NCBI GenBank assembly: GCA_013265495.1
Contig: MU058449.1
Span: 62,001 to 126,000 of the forward strand
Length of the DNA stretch: 64,000 nt
Origin: Vicugna vicugna
Taxonomy: Eukaryota
Direction of reading: 5' to 3'
A model generated the notes under the pieces. That model did not search any database and was not told where the DNA came from. It was given only the letters and a program-made list of their open reading frames with translations. Positions within the stretch are counted from its first letter, which is position 1, and each line of letters starts with the position of its first letter. The position numbers and the translations under genes were made by a program. This document shows, in pieces, positions 35,203-49,535 of the stretch.

Positions 35203-38200
35203 CAAGAGGCTAGGGATTGGAGGAACAGTTAATTGGTGATTATAATCATGTACTCAATGACATAGTTTGAAACAAAGTCCCATAATTCTAAGACTGTTGC
35301 CTTATAACCTTGAAAACTATATCCATCAACTCAAAGGAGGGTCCATCTCCGGGAAGCCCTTGATCTTATATTGATGAAAAACTATTTCTCCAAACTAAAC
35401 ATTCTGTTTGAGAAACTTGCAGTCTTCAGGAGAGACTGAATCTCTCTTCCTTTAAAAGTCTTCTCAAGGAGCAACACTAGCCAGACATTTATGTGACAAA
35501 TTTTACAACATTTGCTTTTCCTTGGGCTCTTTATCCCACTTGTTTTCAATCTTCATTCCCCCAATCCTTGTTTGCCTTTAAAGTTTTCTTTTTATCTTCT
35601 GCATTTCTGATCTCAGCTCGGCTCTCTGACTAGGTAATCTATAACTAACAGTGCTATCTATCCTGATGGATAGTATCCAGCAGACCTCACTTAATAAAAG
35701 AACTCTCATTAGAAGTTTCAGCACATAATGTTTGTTCTTTTCCAAATCCATGGATTGATTATTTGACCTACAGTTACACTAAATTCTTGACCTTCTTACT
35801 AGTGACTGTTGGCTCTGAATGGTCTTCTATCCAAAGCATCCAGCAGAGTTTTCACTTAGGTAGTGTCCCTTGCTGGTAAAAATGATGACCCCCTTCCCCT
35901 CCCCCCTCCAACCCAACACCAGGTCCACTCCCTCTCTGTGTGGGTTTTGAGATGCTTAAAATCTGCAGTGCCTATACTTCAACATGGAAGAGAATGAACA
36001 AAGAAGTTCTCCTCTGCCTTTGGTTTACAGGATTTGTACAGTTATTTCCTGATGGATCCTGGGCTCACCTCTGGAAATACGTAGAAATTTAAAGCATGTT
36101 TAATGTCAAATCCCTCAAAGTGTGTCTTTGCCCTAATCTGAGAATGGTCTACTTGACAATGTTTTCTTTCTGTTCTATACTGTTGGTCATCATAGTGCCT
36201 CCTCTCCATAGCCTGATTTAGGCTCTTGGGGAGTAAATTCCTGGTAGAACACGCAGGAGCAAAGAGGAAGCTGGTTCAAACAGCTGAAGAGAGAAAGAAA
36301 GGAAACAACAGCTAATCCATCCCAGAGTCCTGAACTATACCAGAGATATCTGCTGCTATTTCCACAGATCTTCTGCCTTTCCCTTCCCCATCCACCTAGT
36401 AGGGAGGGGAAGGCAGATTTTAAGCATTTTCCTATTGCAAAAAAATATGAAGAAGCGATTACTCAGAAGACAATTTTTAGGGGAAGCTCTGGAGATATGT
36501 TCCTATATCCCATTACCTCTTGACTGACATATTGCCACCTTCCTCTGTAAGTTCCAATAAACCAACTCTCTACACCTCAACCCACCCTGCCATGCCCTGT
36601 TATTTACACTTAGCCTTCTAGGACAAGACACACTGGAGCCACTTACTGACATGTTCATCAGTCCTTTGCTCATCAGTTCCATAGGTGTGACTCTAGCCTG
36701 AGCCTGGCCAAGGTCTTACTTTCAAGATTACCTCTTTAGATCATACCCAGAAGCCAAGCTTCAAGAAGCATTTGTTTCAGAAGGTCCTCCCCAAGGCCCT
36801 TTTCTGCCTCCTCCCTCCTTCTTTGTTCTCATAGCCTTGGGGATTCGAAGCTTTGGTAGAGTGGTCCCCCAAGTTCTCACCCTATGTTCTGGTTTGGGCA
36901 CTAGTCTTGTCACCAGAAAGATGACTAATTTTAAGTATCACATATTAGCAAGAAAGAAAAGGCTAGTAGGATGGCCTTTTTGAGAACTCCCAGAACTTTA
37001 CCTCTACATTAAGGTATATGTGACTACAAGTATCCGAGCAGGGCATTAAATTGATCTATCAAGAAACTCTCTACACCCTATCTCTTTTGACTTTACTCTT
37101 GAGATGTCACTGCAACCCCAGAGCTTTGCTCTGTTTCATAGGAAAAACTGAACTTCCCAGTCGTTTATTTCTTATGAGCTCTTTCTCTAATGTCTCTATC
37201 CTCTCTCTGCAAGATAAGGAAGGACAGAAAGAGAGAGGAGAGAAATTTTAGGGGTTGCAATCAAACGTACCCATTTGAAGACTTAAGAAAACATATTGTT
37301 ATTCTAATACCACTTATGTTAGTCTACTGTGGCAAGCCCTAGGATTACTGGCCTAAAGATAAAATCAAGAAAATTTTCCTTTGATTTAGCTTAGATCTCC
37401 CTTAATTCAGTCCCAAGAGCATGAGCAAGGGATGGACTCCTACTGAAAGACTGGTGATCTTATATTTTTGAAGGTATTAAATGAGAATACAACGTAAGAT
37501 GTCCAACTACTTGAAGGTATTACAGGGCGTAGTAACAAGATACTCAGAAGTTGCACATATTTAGAGAGAGAAAACCAAGAGACACACACACAGATATGAG
37601 TCACTTTAAGTTTCATTCATTTTAATCAAAACTATATTTTACTAAAGATGATGCATGTGGTAGTTTCTATAATACAGTAGGGAACAGACCTATGTTATCA
37701 TTATTCCCCTGAAATACACAGTCTAGAAGTTATGAAAGAAAAAATATAAATGTCATACTTAATTACAGACAGATATACAGCTGAGTTGAGTAGAAATTAA
37801 TTAATTAATTAATTATCAAACAAATAGTCCCTTGAGCTGATCTAATAAAGATCATTTATTAGCCTGGAAGTTGCTAAAGATCTTGTTTCAAGTTTGTTTT
37901 CTCCATATTAGGACTAACTCATCAAGACAATGATCATCTGGATGAGGAATTATATTTCTATTTAGCAGTAGTTGTAGCAAAAATAACAGCATAGATATAA
38001 TTATATCTCTGTTATATTACTTACATATATTTTAATGAAAAATATTATTATTTAATAAATGTTTATCAAAATTTTAACTGAACAGATTTAGATATACTTA
38101 AATGTACTTTCTCTAGAGTTGTCATATTGAACTGAGAACAGGGTAAGGCTCATTGCTTTACTTAGTGCAGTTTTCTAGCTCCATATAAGCAAAAAATAAA

Positions 38201-38650
38201 AACAAAAACAAAACTGGATACAAGTCTGAAGTCAAGAGTGTGCTATTTTTAGGTATATCAAAGCCAATACATGCAGAACATAGTGAAAAAAAATGAGCTT
38301 TGACTTAAATACTGGTGACCCTTACCATAAATCCAAGAATCATATAATAGGCACCAGAGGCTCACCAAACAGGGTGATTACTTTGGAAAACAGCAAACAC
38401 TTGGACACGAGATTAGTGTTGTATATATATTATGTAATATACAACTCAGCTACAAATGGGCAAGGTGAGATGATGTTCTATTATTGTATTATTTTAATTT
38501 CTTTTTATTTTGGGGGGAGGAGGAGATGATGTTCTAAATAGCACAAATGTTGGCTTCCATCTACATGGCTTTCCCTAGTTGCTCCCACCAACAGAGCTGT
38601 CAGCTTGTCCAGGTTCCCTGAATTATTCTTCAGAGAGCAGTGAGTCAAAG

Positions 38651-39586
38651 TTATGCTCTAGAATGAGGCAGAGAAAAGAAGCGAATTATACCAATCTGGA
38701 TCTGCTTGGTTTTAATGCTATAGATGACAGGGTTCATGAAAGGGGGAAAAAGGAAGTAGACATAGCTCATCGTGATGTGGACCACATGAGGAGCATGTCT
38801 TCCAAACCTATGGATGAATGTCAGACCAACCACAGTGACATAGAAAACCAGGATGCAGCAGATGTGGGAGACACATGTGTTGAGGGCTTTGGCCCTTTCT
38901 CCAGAAGTGATGCTCATGACAGTCTTGAGGATCAAAGTGTAGGAGAAAAAGATGATGAGGAAGTCCAACAAGACCATTGCAAATACAACCACAACTGGAT
39001 AGAGACGATTGAAAGTAATGTTAGCACACGCTAACTTGATGACATCCTGGTGTAGACAGAAAGCATGGGAGAGTACCCGGGATCGACAATAGGGAAACCA
39101 GGGAAGGCAAAGAATTATTGGCATAATTGACAGACCGGCCCTTGTCAATACCCCCATCCCAATCTTTATTACCTTGGTGTTGGTAAGGATTGAAGAATAT
39201 CTCAAGGGGTTGCAGATGGCAATAAAACGGTCATAGGCCATGGCAAGCAAAATACCAGATTCTACTATAGAAAGAGTATGAATAAAGTAGGCCTGAAAGA
39301 AGCAGGCCCCATGGCCAATCTCCCTGTGATTCAACCACAGGACCCCCAGAACTGTGGGCATCGTAGTCAATGTCACTCCAAGGTCAGTGGCTGCCAACAT
39401 AGCTAAGAAATAGTACATGGGCTCATGGAGGTTATGATTATCCCTGATGAGAAAGAGAAGGGTGCCATTACCAAGAAGTATGGAGATGTAAACCACCAAT
39501 AATGGGATGGAGATCCAGTGATGTGCCTTTTCCATGCCTGGGAAACCAGTCAGCAGAAATGGGGAAGCAGTGGTGTTGAGCCACAT
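38651..39586 (-). CDS. OR51B6: Olfactory receptor 51B6, 311 aa, intact
   Basis: NTT sequon, [50 protein letters not shown] and C-terminal SLPHSRA as in recalled human OR51B6. Confidence 0.93.
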   Translation of the reverse strand: MWLNTTASPFLLTGFPGMEKAHHWISIPLLVVYISILLGNGTLLFLIRDNHNLHEPMYYFLAMLAATDLGVTLTTMPTVLGVLWLNHREIGHGACFFQAYFIHTLSIVESGILLAMAYDRFIAICNPLRYSSILTNTKVIKIGMGVLTRAGLSIMPIILCLPWFPYCRSRVLSHAFCLHQDVIKLACANITFNRLYPVVVVFAMVLLDFLIIFFSYTLILKTVMSITSGERAKALNTCVSHICCILVFYVTVVGLTFIHRFGRHAPHVVHITMSYVYFLFPPFMNPVIYSIKTKQIQIGIIRFFSLPHSRA

Positions 39587-40508
39587 TGCAGGCCTTGCAG
39601 AGAGGCAAATATTCCCTTCAGGTCATGCAATAGGGGCTCTAGTCCTGTAGAAGTTGCTCCTGAGTGTGCTACCCGTTCATAAGATGTTTATCAGTCTTGA
39701 CTTCCAGTGACAACAAAGATGGTAATTTAGTCATTCCCTGGAGATTTCTAGGCATGGGAGAATACAATGTATACAGAAAAACTCAATGTATTATTCCGAG
39801 TTGATTATATATAAGGCTTTGAACAATATATACTAGGTTCACAACAATATATGCAGAATAGACCTGGTTGATGTTCTTAGAAATTATATAATCAAAAAAA
39901 AAGACAAAATCAAAAAAGAAAGCACTATATTTGAATAGTACCCTATTAACACTGGAACTTACAGAGTGTTTTTCATGGTGCTCCTTATCTTGACTGCTGA
40001 TATCAAGGGCAGATGTAAAGGTTTCCCAGCAAGTATGAAACCTGAAAGATCAATAGAAAGTTGATTCTAAGCTATGTTGGAAGGGCAAGTATGAACATCC
40101 TATGGCAAAACAAAGAAACAGTTAATAAATAAATAAGCAAATAAATAAAATAAAACAAATAGTTGATTTGAGGGAATAACTAATATTAACTCAGTATGCC
40201 TAGGGGGAAAATTCGGTCGATAAACCTCTGGAGACTTTGGGGAAGCTACAAAAAAATGGTAAGAGTTCATTATAGGTGTTCATCTCCAAAACACATACAC
40301 CTGGAAATCCATGTTGCCTGGCATCTGAATACCTTAGTTACTGATGTGCTGTGTCTCAAAGAATTCAAAATTTCATAATATGGATTCGAAACTTATCCGT
40401 AAAAGGTAGATTTTATGATAAACATTTGAGAGCACTAGCTGTCAACAGCACAACACAAACTACTGTTGGCATATCACCTATCTGGAGATACAAGGATAGA
40501 AATTAGTT

Positions 40509-41255
<747 letters not shown>

Positions 41256-44200
41256 AGAAATTAGTTATTTAGGCAAGTTCAAGGAGAATATTTTTTGAAA
41301 CCTGCAGCGTCTGATGAGATTTAACAAAAGTGAGAAGTCTCTGTGACATTCAAACGTTAAGGTATCATCTAGTGCTGGCAGCCAATCTCTAGGAGTATAA
41401 AAATTGTGCCTTGGTGGCAGCAGCCAAAGAGAAACGGGGCCACTTTCTATTATGGTTCGTATGGACTATCCATCTCACATGCTTTGAAAAGAATATCTTG
41501 GTGTGAATTTAATGCATGACTCCCAGGACCCTTTTTCACTACAAGAAAAAAAATGTCTGCAAGATTACTGGGCCTTCATCTTCAGGAGAATTTTGTTCAA
41601 ATGCCAGCTCTGCTACTTAGTAACAACAATGATATTGGGGAAGTCACTTAACCTTGGGCTTTGGTTTTATTATATTTAAATGGTACTAGAATTTGCCTTG
41701 GCCAGTCATGCTCTTCACACAGGGCATGAGAATAGAATGGAGTTTTCAACAGGAAAGTGTTTTGCAAGGGTTAAATTATTCTTCACTTTCCAAGTTTTGT
41801 TACTGTTACTGAGAAGAGACTCCTTTCTCTCTGTCTGGTGGGTATACACCAGTGTTATTCATTCACCTGAAATGCGTCAAGTGTTCTTAAGAAGCCTGGA
41901 GAACAGGTATCAGATGATGGGGTTTTGAGGAGGCTGGATTTGACTGTCACTGGAAGTATTAAACTAGAGGTCATCTGAGCAGCGGATAAAAGATAATGTG
42001 TCTGAGTGAAAAGGAAAAAGGGATAAGGAGCATTGTGAGTGAGCGTGGGGACTTATGATGGTAAATAAGCACAACATCAAGCCAGGAGCACTAGGACCAG
42101 AGTAGGTTGAGGGAAAAGCGATTCAGTCTTCAGTCGGGCGAGAAGAGGAGGAAAACCTGACTTCTACCAGTAAGTGAAAGGCTCAGAAAATACTCATGCA
42201 ATGTTAGAGAAGCAGGAGTGGGGGCACCAGACAGGGAAGACAGAGTTGGAAAGCAAATATAAGGAACAAATAATTGTTGAGTTTCCATTATGTGTCAGGA
42301 CTCTAGAACATTACACATGCCTCACTCTTTAGCAGAATCCTTACAATAGCCTTTTCCCTCCATTCTATAGAGTCATACTGGTTACACGTCTAAGGTGATA
42401 CACTAAGCAAATGACACAATCCTTTGTATGCACTGTAGGTTAGAAAGACTCCAGGAATGGGTGAAATCTCTGTAGCATTTAGGAGTACAACCAAGCCTGT
42501 TGCTTTTCTTTCTGGTTTCATACTGAAAAATTGAGCATTTGTACTTGATTTGCTCAGAGCTGTTTTTGTGGTACATGAGATTACCTGTGGGTTCTGCAGG
42601 GGTTAAAAATCGTAGACCTTTGTCTCGTCCCTGCAGCCACCCAACATTTCCCAAGGCTCTGACTTAAAGGGGACTTGGGTTTTCATTAATCAGAAGCTAA
42701 TTCTCAAGGTCTCAAACCCTGTCACATAAACTGTGGACCCCATTCAGACCCCAGAGATTCAGCTCACACTTTTACGCTTCACGTGTTTCCTCACCTTCTC
42801 CTGGGCTCCTTGTCTTCACTTTTCTTGACACTTCCTTTTCTATCTCAATTACTTAATCCATTTCTCTATTTTTTAAAAAATCTCCTAACTTTTGTCCCTT
42901 GTCTTTCCTTTCTAAATAGTTTAAATACGCAATCCATTCTTTTGTTTATTCTACCTGTAGGATTTCCCATGGTTGTATTTTTAATAATGGTAATATCCTT
43001 AACACAACGCCTAGCACATAAATTTGTGTTCTTTTAAAGTCACTAAATGATCAATTTGCCTGCACATGCAAATTGATTCTCTGACCACCTTACATTCCTG
43101 ATTTTAAGCAGAGTCTCAATTCATCAAAGCATATAGATTGATTGACACGCCCTACAAGTGATTAATTGATTCAATACATAGCTGTGTCCTCAGGACCTGG
43201 AAATTCCTTCAGGGTTGTTATAAGGGATATGGAAAGAAAAGTCCTACCCTATTTTCAATTTAGGTGGTATTGAATGACGACTGCACACTGGGTACTTTTC
43301 CAGGTGCTGAAGATACACAACTATGTCCATCAATGTCCTTGATTTAAAGGCACATACAGCCCAGGCTCCATCCAAGATTCATTGATTTGGCATATCAGTC
43401 TTGGCTGACAGTCAAATAGTGACTTCTCACCACAAAGTGTTTGAATCTCTGATGATTACAGAGCTACCTCTCCTCACACTTTTGGAAGAGATTCTATCTT
43501 CTGAGCTTACCTGGACTTCTGGAGGAAAAAAAAAGTCACACCGGAAATCACAGGGTTAGAAAGGAGGCCAAAGAGGTTGAAAGTTTAGACATGAAGAGAG
43601 CAAGTAGGATTGCATCATTTACCCCTGAGTCTACACCTGCTATCTGGTTTGCTCCCATAACTCTTCTTTGCCTCATGTGTTCCAGATCTATCTTTGGCCT
43701 TATTTTATACATTTGAGGAGGTAATCCTTAAAGATGCCAGGTTTTAGAGATGTCTGAGAGTCTTAAGGACCCAAGCCCACTCTCCACATACTCTTGATAT
43801 ATAATATCATCACTTTTTTTTTTTTTTTGCTGAGAAACCAGATCCTTTTGCTGCCCTCTCTACCCTTGTGCCTGCAGTGAGACCTCAGTGAGAAGATTCA
43901 TCAGATACTCTCACTGACCTGAATCTTGGTTCTTTCCCATTCTTCAGTGCCATACTCATGAATCTGGAATTCTTAGCCTTATCAAGGATTTAGTCAAAAC
44001 ACCGTTCTTTTCATCATCTTCACAAAAGCCTGGCTGGTGGGAACATTTATTTTAGAAGCTCCTCTCCAGGTTTTATTCCTCATTTTGGTCATTCATTGTC
44101 ACTTCCTTTCTGTCCTCTCTCTCTCTCCTCTTTTGTGTGTCTCTCCTTCTAAGTCTTCTTCATCCTTATTTGCACCCTCAGCTTTAGAGATCTGGGGCTT

Positions 44201-45534
44201 TGAACAGCAGTCCCCAAGGTCTCTGCCCCAGCTTTTACTTAAGCCCTGCTGCTAGGAGAGTGATTAGTTATTTATATCTATTATCACATGGAAAAAATAA
44301 AGTGGACTAGTTAAGGATCTGGAATGAAACAAAATCCTTAAGGGAGCTGCTTGGGAGAACTCCCATACCCTGTCTATAAAGTGAGAAATGTATGTGAATT
44401 AGAGGAGAGCAGGGTATTGGTTCTGGTGAAGTAAAAGAGATCCCCCCATCCCATTCTCTTTCCCCTAAGCTTGTCTGGCTTCAGGCAATGGGAGCTCGGA
44501 GCCCTGTCTCATGGAAAGGAGCTCCCCTTTCCAGTCCCTAACTTCCCCTTATCTCTCTGTTTGTATCCTCCACACCCATTTTCTCTATAAGGAGACAGAG
44601 AAGGGCGAGAATCATTTTCAGTCAAGTCATCAGTAAGATATGGAGGACAGGAATCACAATGCCCGTTGTCTGGAAGCCAGAGGTCTTACTGCCTTCCCGT
44701 AGGAAAGTAGCAACACAGTAGACCGTTAATGACTTAGACCACTAATGCAGGAACTTGAGCACTTTGTTTACACTATGACTGTGGCTCTTGCTGTGCCACT
44801 TTGGACAAGTGATTTAACGTCATTGTTCCTGTGTTCCTTATCGCTAAAATGCATGTAATGATAATCACCACTGCATAAAGGTTTTGTGAGGTTTAAATAC
44901 TAATTACTAAGAATAGTACTCAGTATGTAATAAGGACTCAATTGATGTCAGCCATTATTACCTCAGTCGTAATTATTCACACTTATTTTAATTATTTGTA
45001 CTTTGGACCATCTTTCCCTACTGAAGAATGAACTGTTCGAGAAACAGACTTCACCTTTCACAATTTAATGACACATAGAATCCATGTCATCTTTTCTAAT
45101 TTCTGCTCCTGGAGGTAGATGATGTCACAGGCAATTTAACAATGTGTCCCTGATTCTGGAGAGTAACTTTCATTTCCAGATTAAAACCACTAACTCACGA
45201 ACACCATTCTATTTACTAAAAAAACTTTTAAAAAATCTACATTAGATTTTAGTCATAGATCTATAGAGGATATAGAAATAAACACACAGATATGTTCCTT
45301 TTTTAATTAAGCAATTGATGACACTCAATTAATTTAATTACCCATTGTTTTTTATGTATTTAATTATTGAGACTGTGAGGAAGAAAATAGAATTGAGAAA
45401 ATGTATTGTAGATAAACCTAAACCGGCAATTGGGAAAAGCTTCAATGAACAAATTTTTTAAATAAAAAGATTATTAAAGTTAATTTACATAAAGAAATAT
45501 GAATGAATTATAAAGGTCTAGCTCAATGAATGTC

Positions 45535-47234
45535 ATTTTTTAAAAACTGAAGTACAGTTGATTTACAACATTACAGTAGTTTCAAGTGTACAACATGGTG
45601 ATTCAATATTTTTATAGATTATACTCCACTTAAATTTATTACAAAATATTGGCTCCATTCCCTGTATTGTACATTATATCCTTGTATCTTACTTATTTTA
45701 TGCCAGTAGTTCATACCTCTTAATCTCTTTCCCCTATTTTGTCCCTCCTCCTTTCCCTCTCCCCACTGGTAACCACTATTTTATTCTCTGTATTTATGAG
45801 TCTGTATTTATGAGCCTGTCTTTGCTTTATTATGTTCATCTGTTTGTTTTATTTTTTAGATTTCACATATACATGAAAGCATACAGTATTTGTCTTTTTC
45901 TGTCTGACTTATGTCACTAAGCATAATAACCCTCCAGGTCCATCTATATCATTGCAAATGGCAAAATTTTATTCTTTTTTATGGCCTGAATAATATTCCA
46001 TTGTGTGTGTGTGTGTGTGTATATATATGCATATATATATATGGTATACACATATACCACATTTTCTTTATCCATTCATCTGTAGATGGACACTTAGGTT
46101 GCTTTTATGTCTTGGCTATTATAAATAATGCTGCTATGAACATTGGAGTGCATATATTTTTTTCAAGTAATGTTTTCATTTTCTTAGGATATATAACCAT
46201 GAGTGGAACTGCTGGATCGTATGGCAGTTCTATTTTTAATTTTTTGAGGAAACTCCAGATTGTTTTCAATAGTGGTTACACCAATTTAAATTCCCACCAG
46301 CAATGTACTAGGGTTTCCTTTTCTCCACACTCTGGCAAACATTTATCTGTTTGGAGCAGAAGCCCCGAGGGAGTTGGCTTTCCAGGGTGTGATAGCAGTC
46401 TTCCCCTTGGCCTGGGCTGTGGCCAGGCAGCCTTGGGTGCAGCTTATCCTGGTTTCACTTTTCCCCACTGTGTGTACCTTGCTTAGAGGCTGGATGGGAG
46501 CCAGAGGGGCTGATACCACACTACTCATCTGGCTTCGCTCCCTCCCAGGTTTGTGCAGGCATGCCAGCTTTGGCAACGGTGGCAACAGTGGTCTCTGCCC
46601 TGGAGCTAGTTTTCCTCCCTCTCTAGGGGCATTGACTGCCTCTTCCCTGGTCAGAGGCAGGGCTGGGGTCCAAGCTGTCTCCATTCCAGTCTCTGCCTTA
46701 GTTGGTGAGTAGCCTGGGAGCAAGGGGTTAGTGCAGGCAGCGGTCATGCTGGGGCAGTTCTGGCAAGTAGGAGAGAGCCCTAGGCAGTTTTTAATCTATG
46801 ACTGGTAGTAAACAAATCTGTAAATGTGCTCTTTAAGAGTGGAGTCTTGGTTCTTACAGCCGTCTAGTAAGTCCCACTGGTTTTCAAACCAGCTCAGGGG
46901 GCTCATCTTCCCAGTGCCAAACCCGAAAGGTGGGATGCCTAATATGTGCTCAAACCTCTTGCTCCCTAGAGAGGATCCGCCAGCCTGTGATATTATTTTC
47001 CTCTTCTCTGTCCCCTGCTAAGGTTGTGGGTCCCAACCAGGTTGCTTCTCCTCCTCTCCTACCAGACTCTTGTGTAGATCTTTCTTTCTAGTTTTGTTTG
47101 TGGAAGAGCCATCCTGCTAGTCCCCAGGTTGATTTCAGTGAGAGTAGCTCTATATGTAGTTGTATTTTTGATGTGCTTGTGAAGGGAGGCAAGCCCAGCG
47201 TCCTCCTACTTCACCATCTTGATCTCCCTCCTCC
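45535..47234 (-). mobile_element. Internally deleted L1: 5'UTR fused to ORF2 end + 3'UTR
   Basis: Minus strand starts ggaggagggagatcaagatggtgaagtaggaggacgc (L1 5' end). At 46347/46346 it switches to ataaatgtttgccagagtgtggagaaaagg (ORF2 Cys-domain region), then a complete 3'UTR. Confidence 0.8.
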
Positions 47235-47589
47235 AGTGATAACATCATGCATAACTACAAAAAAAAAAAAATAGCAAACCAGCAAGTTGACATTGGTAGA
47301 ATCCACAGAGATTATCTACATTTTAATAGTTTTACATGCTCTCATTTGTGTGTATATGTGTATAGTTTTATGGAATTTTATCACATGTGTAGATTCATAT
47401 AAATACCACTGCAGTCAAGATGCAGAACTGATCCATCCCCACAAGGCTAAACTCATGCAACTCCTTCAGAGACATGCCTACCTTTCTTCCTTTCCACCCT
47501 CCCCTCATCCGTGACCTCTGGCATCTACTGTCAACCTATCAACAAGTAGTTGCTGTAACCTCTGGCAACTACTGTCTTCCGTATCAAAA

Positions 47590-48600
47590 AATCTAGACAT
47601 TTTTCCAAAGAAGACATACAAATGGCCAACTGGTGTCTGAAAAGATGCTTAACATCTCTAGTTATCAGGGAAATATAAACCAAAACTACAGTGAGGTATC
47701 ACCTCACACTTGTTAGGATGTCTATTATGAAAAAAGACAAAAGAAAACAAACCGGTAGGGATATAGAGAAAAGAGAACTTTAGTGAACTTTTGGTGGGAA
47801 TGTGAATTGGTGCAACCATTATGGAAAACACTATGGAGGTTTCTAAAAAATTAAAAATAGGACTACCATATGATCCAACAATCCAACTTCTGGGTATACA
47901 TCTGAAGGAAATAAAATCATTATCTCAAAGAGATCTCTGTACACTCACTCTCATTGCAGCATCATACTCAATAGCGAGGACATGATAAACAACAACCTTC
48001 ATCAATGGTTGAAGCAATTAAAATAATATACATCACATTTTAATTTACCATATATTACACATATATATTTATATATACATATACACACACCCTACATATA
48101 ATTCAGCCATAAAAAAGAAGGAAATCTTGCCCTTTGCAGCAACATAGATGAAACTTGAGGACATTACGTTAAGTGAAATAAGTCAGATAGAGAAAAACAA
48201 ATATTGCATGATTTCATTTACATATGGAATTTTAAAAAGCCAAACCCATAGAAATAGAGAGTAGAAGGGTGGTTGCCAGGGGCTTGAAGTTGGGAGAAAT
48301 GGGTAGATGTTTATGGGAGGGCACAAGCTTGCAGGTGTAAGATAAGTAAGTCCTAGGGATCCAATGTACAGCATGGTGACTACAGTTAACAATACTTTAT
48401 TATGTACTTGAAAGTTGCTAAAAGAGTAGTTTTTAAAGGTTCTCACCACACACACACACACAAATACTAATGCTGCAACATGAAGGAGGTGTTAACTAAC
48501 CTCATTGTGGTAATCATTTCACAATATATACATGCGTATATCAAATCGGCACAGTGTTCACCTTAAACTTGCATATGTCGAGTATACCTCAATAATGGGA
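47590..48600 (+). mobile_element. L1 (L1MA-like) ORF2 end + 3'UTR, nested among older antisense L1 fragments (about 47240-47560 and 48630-49080)
   Basis: 'agacatttttccaaagaagacatacaaatggccaac', 'ccatatgatccaacaatccaacttctggg', 'tacagcatggtgactacagttaacaatac'. Confidence 0.85.
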
Positions 48601-49129
48601 AAAGTTAAAACCTATAAACCTAAAGACAATTAAAGACAATCAATTGGGTATGTTTATGTGAGTCTTATTTCTGGTTTCTCTCTTCTGTTTCATCAGTCTG
48701 TCCTTCCACCAATACCACACAGTCTTGATTACTACAGCTATATAATAAACCTTAACTTTGAATAGGGTTATTCTTCTCATTTTATTATTTTTCAAAACTA
48801 TTTTAACTACTTAAATCCTTTGTCTTCCCATATAAATGTTAGAAAAAGCCTCTCTATATCTTTGAAAATATTTGCTGGGATTTTAGCAGAAATTACATTA
48901 AACCTATAGCTCGATTTGAAAAATAATTGACATCTTTCTATACTAAGTCTTCTGATTCACAAACATAGTATGTCTCTCCACTTACTCAGGTTATCTTTGG
49001 TATTGCTCTTCATTGTGTTGTAATTTTTAGTATCTACTCCTGCTCATTTTTTTATTAAGTTTACGCCTAACTGTGCATTCAGTATTAGAGAGGTTGTATA
49101 CCTTAGCTTGTTCTGTTTACTTTGCTAGG

Positions 49130-49535
49130 GCATTGATTTGCTATGGCTGCCATAACAAAGTGCCACTGACTGCACGTCTGTAACAACAGAAATTTATTTT
49201 CTCATGGTTCTGGAAGCTGAAAATTCAGGTTCAAGGTGGCAACAGTGTTGGTTTCTTTTGAAGCCTCCCTCTTTGTCTTGTAGATGGCCGTCTTCTTCCA
49301 ATGTTTTCACATTTTTTTTTCTGTGTATACTAGTGTCTTTCCATGTGCTCAGATTTTCTCTTCTTATAAGGACACTGGTCAGGTTCGATTATAACCGACT
49401 CCAACAGCCTCATTTTAACTTAATCACCTCCTTAAAGGTGATATCTCCAAATACAGTTACATTCTAAGGTACTGAAGGATAGGACTTTAATATATGATTT
49501 TTTTTTTAGGGGTCGGCACAATTCAATCCATAACA
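49130..49535 (-). mobile_element. MLT1 (ERVL-MaLR) LTR
   Basis: 'ggctgccataacaaagtgccac...aacaacagaaatttatt' through 'cacaattcaatccataaca'. Confidence 0.85.

Noticed and set aside
45911..46747. 191-aa, 134-aa and 112-aa ORFs
   Set aside because: Lie entirely in L1 sequence and a dinucleotide repeat; the same applies to ORF 14..355.
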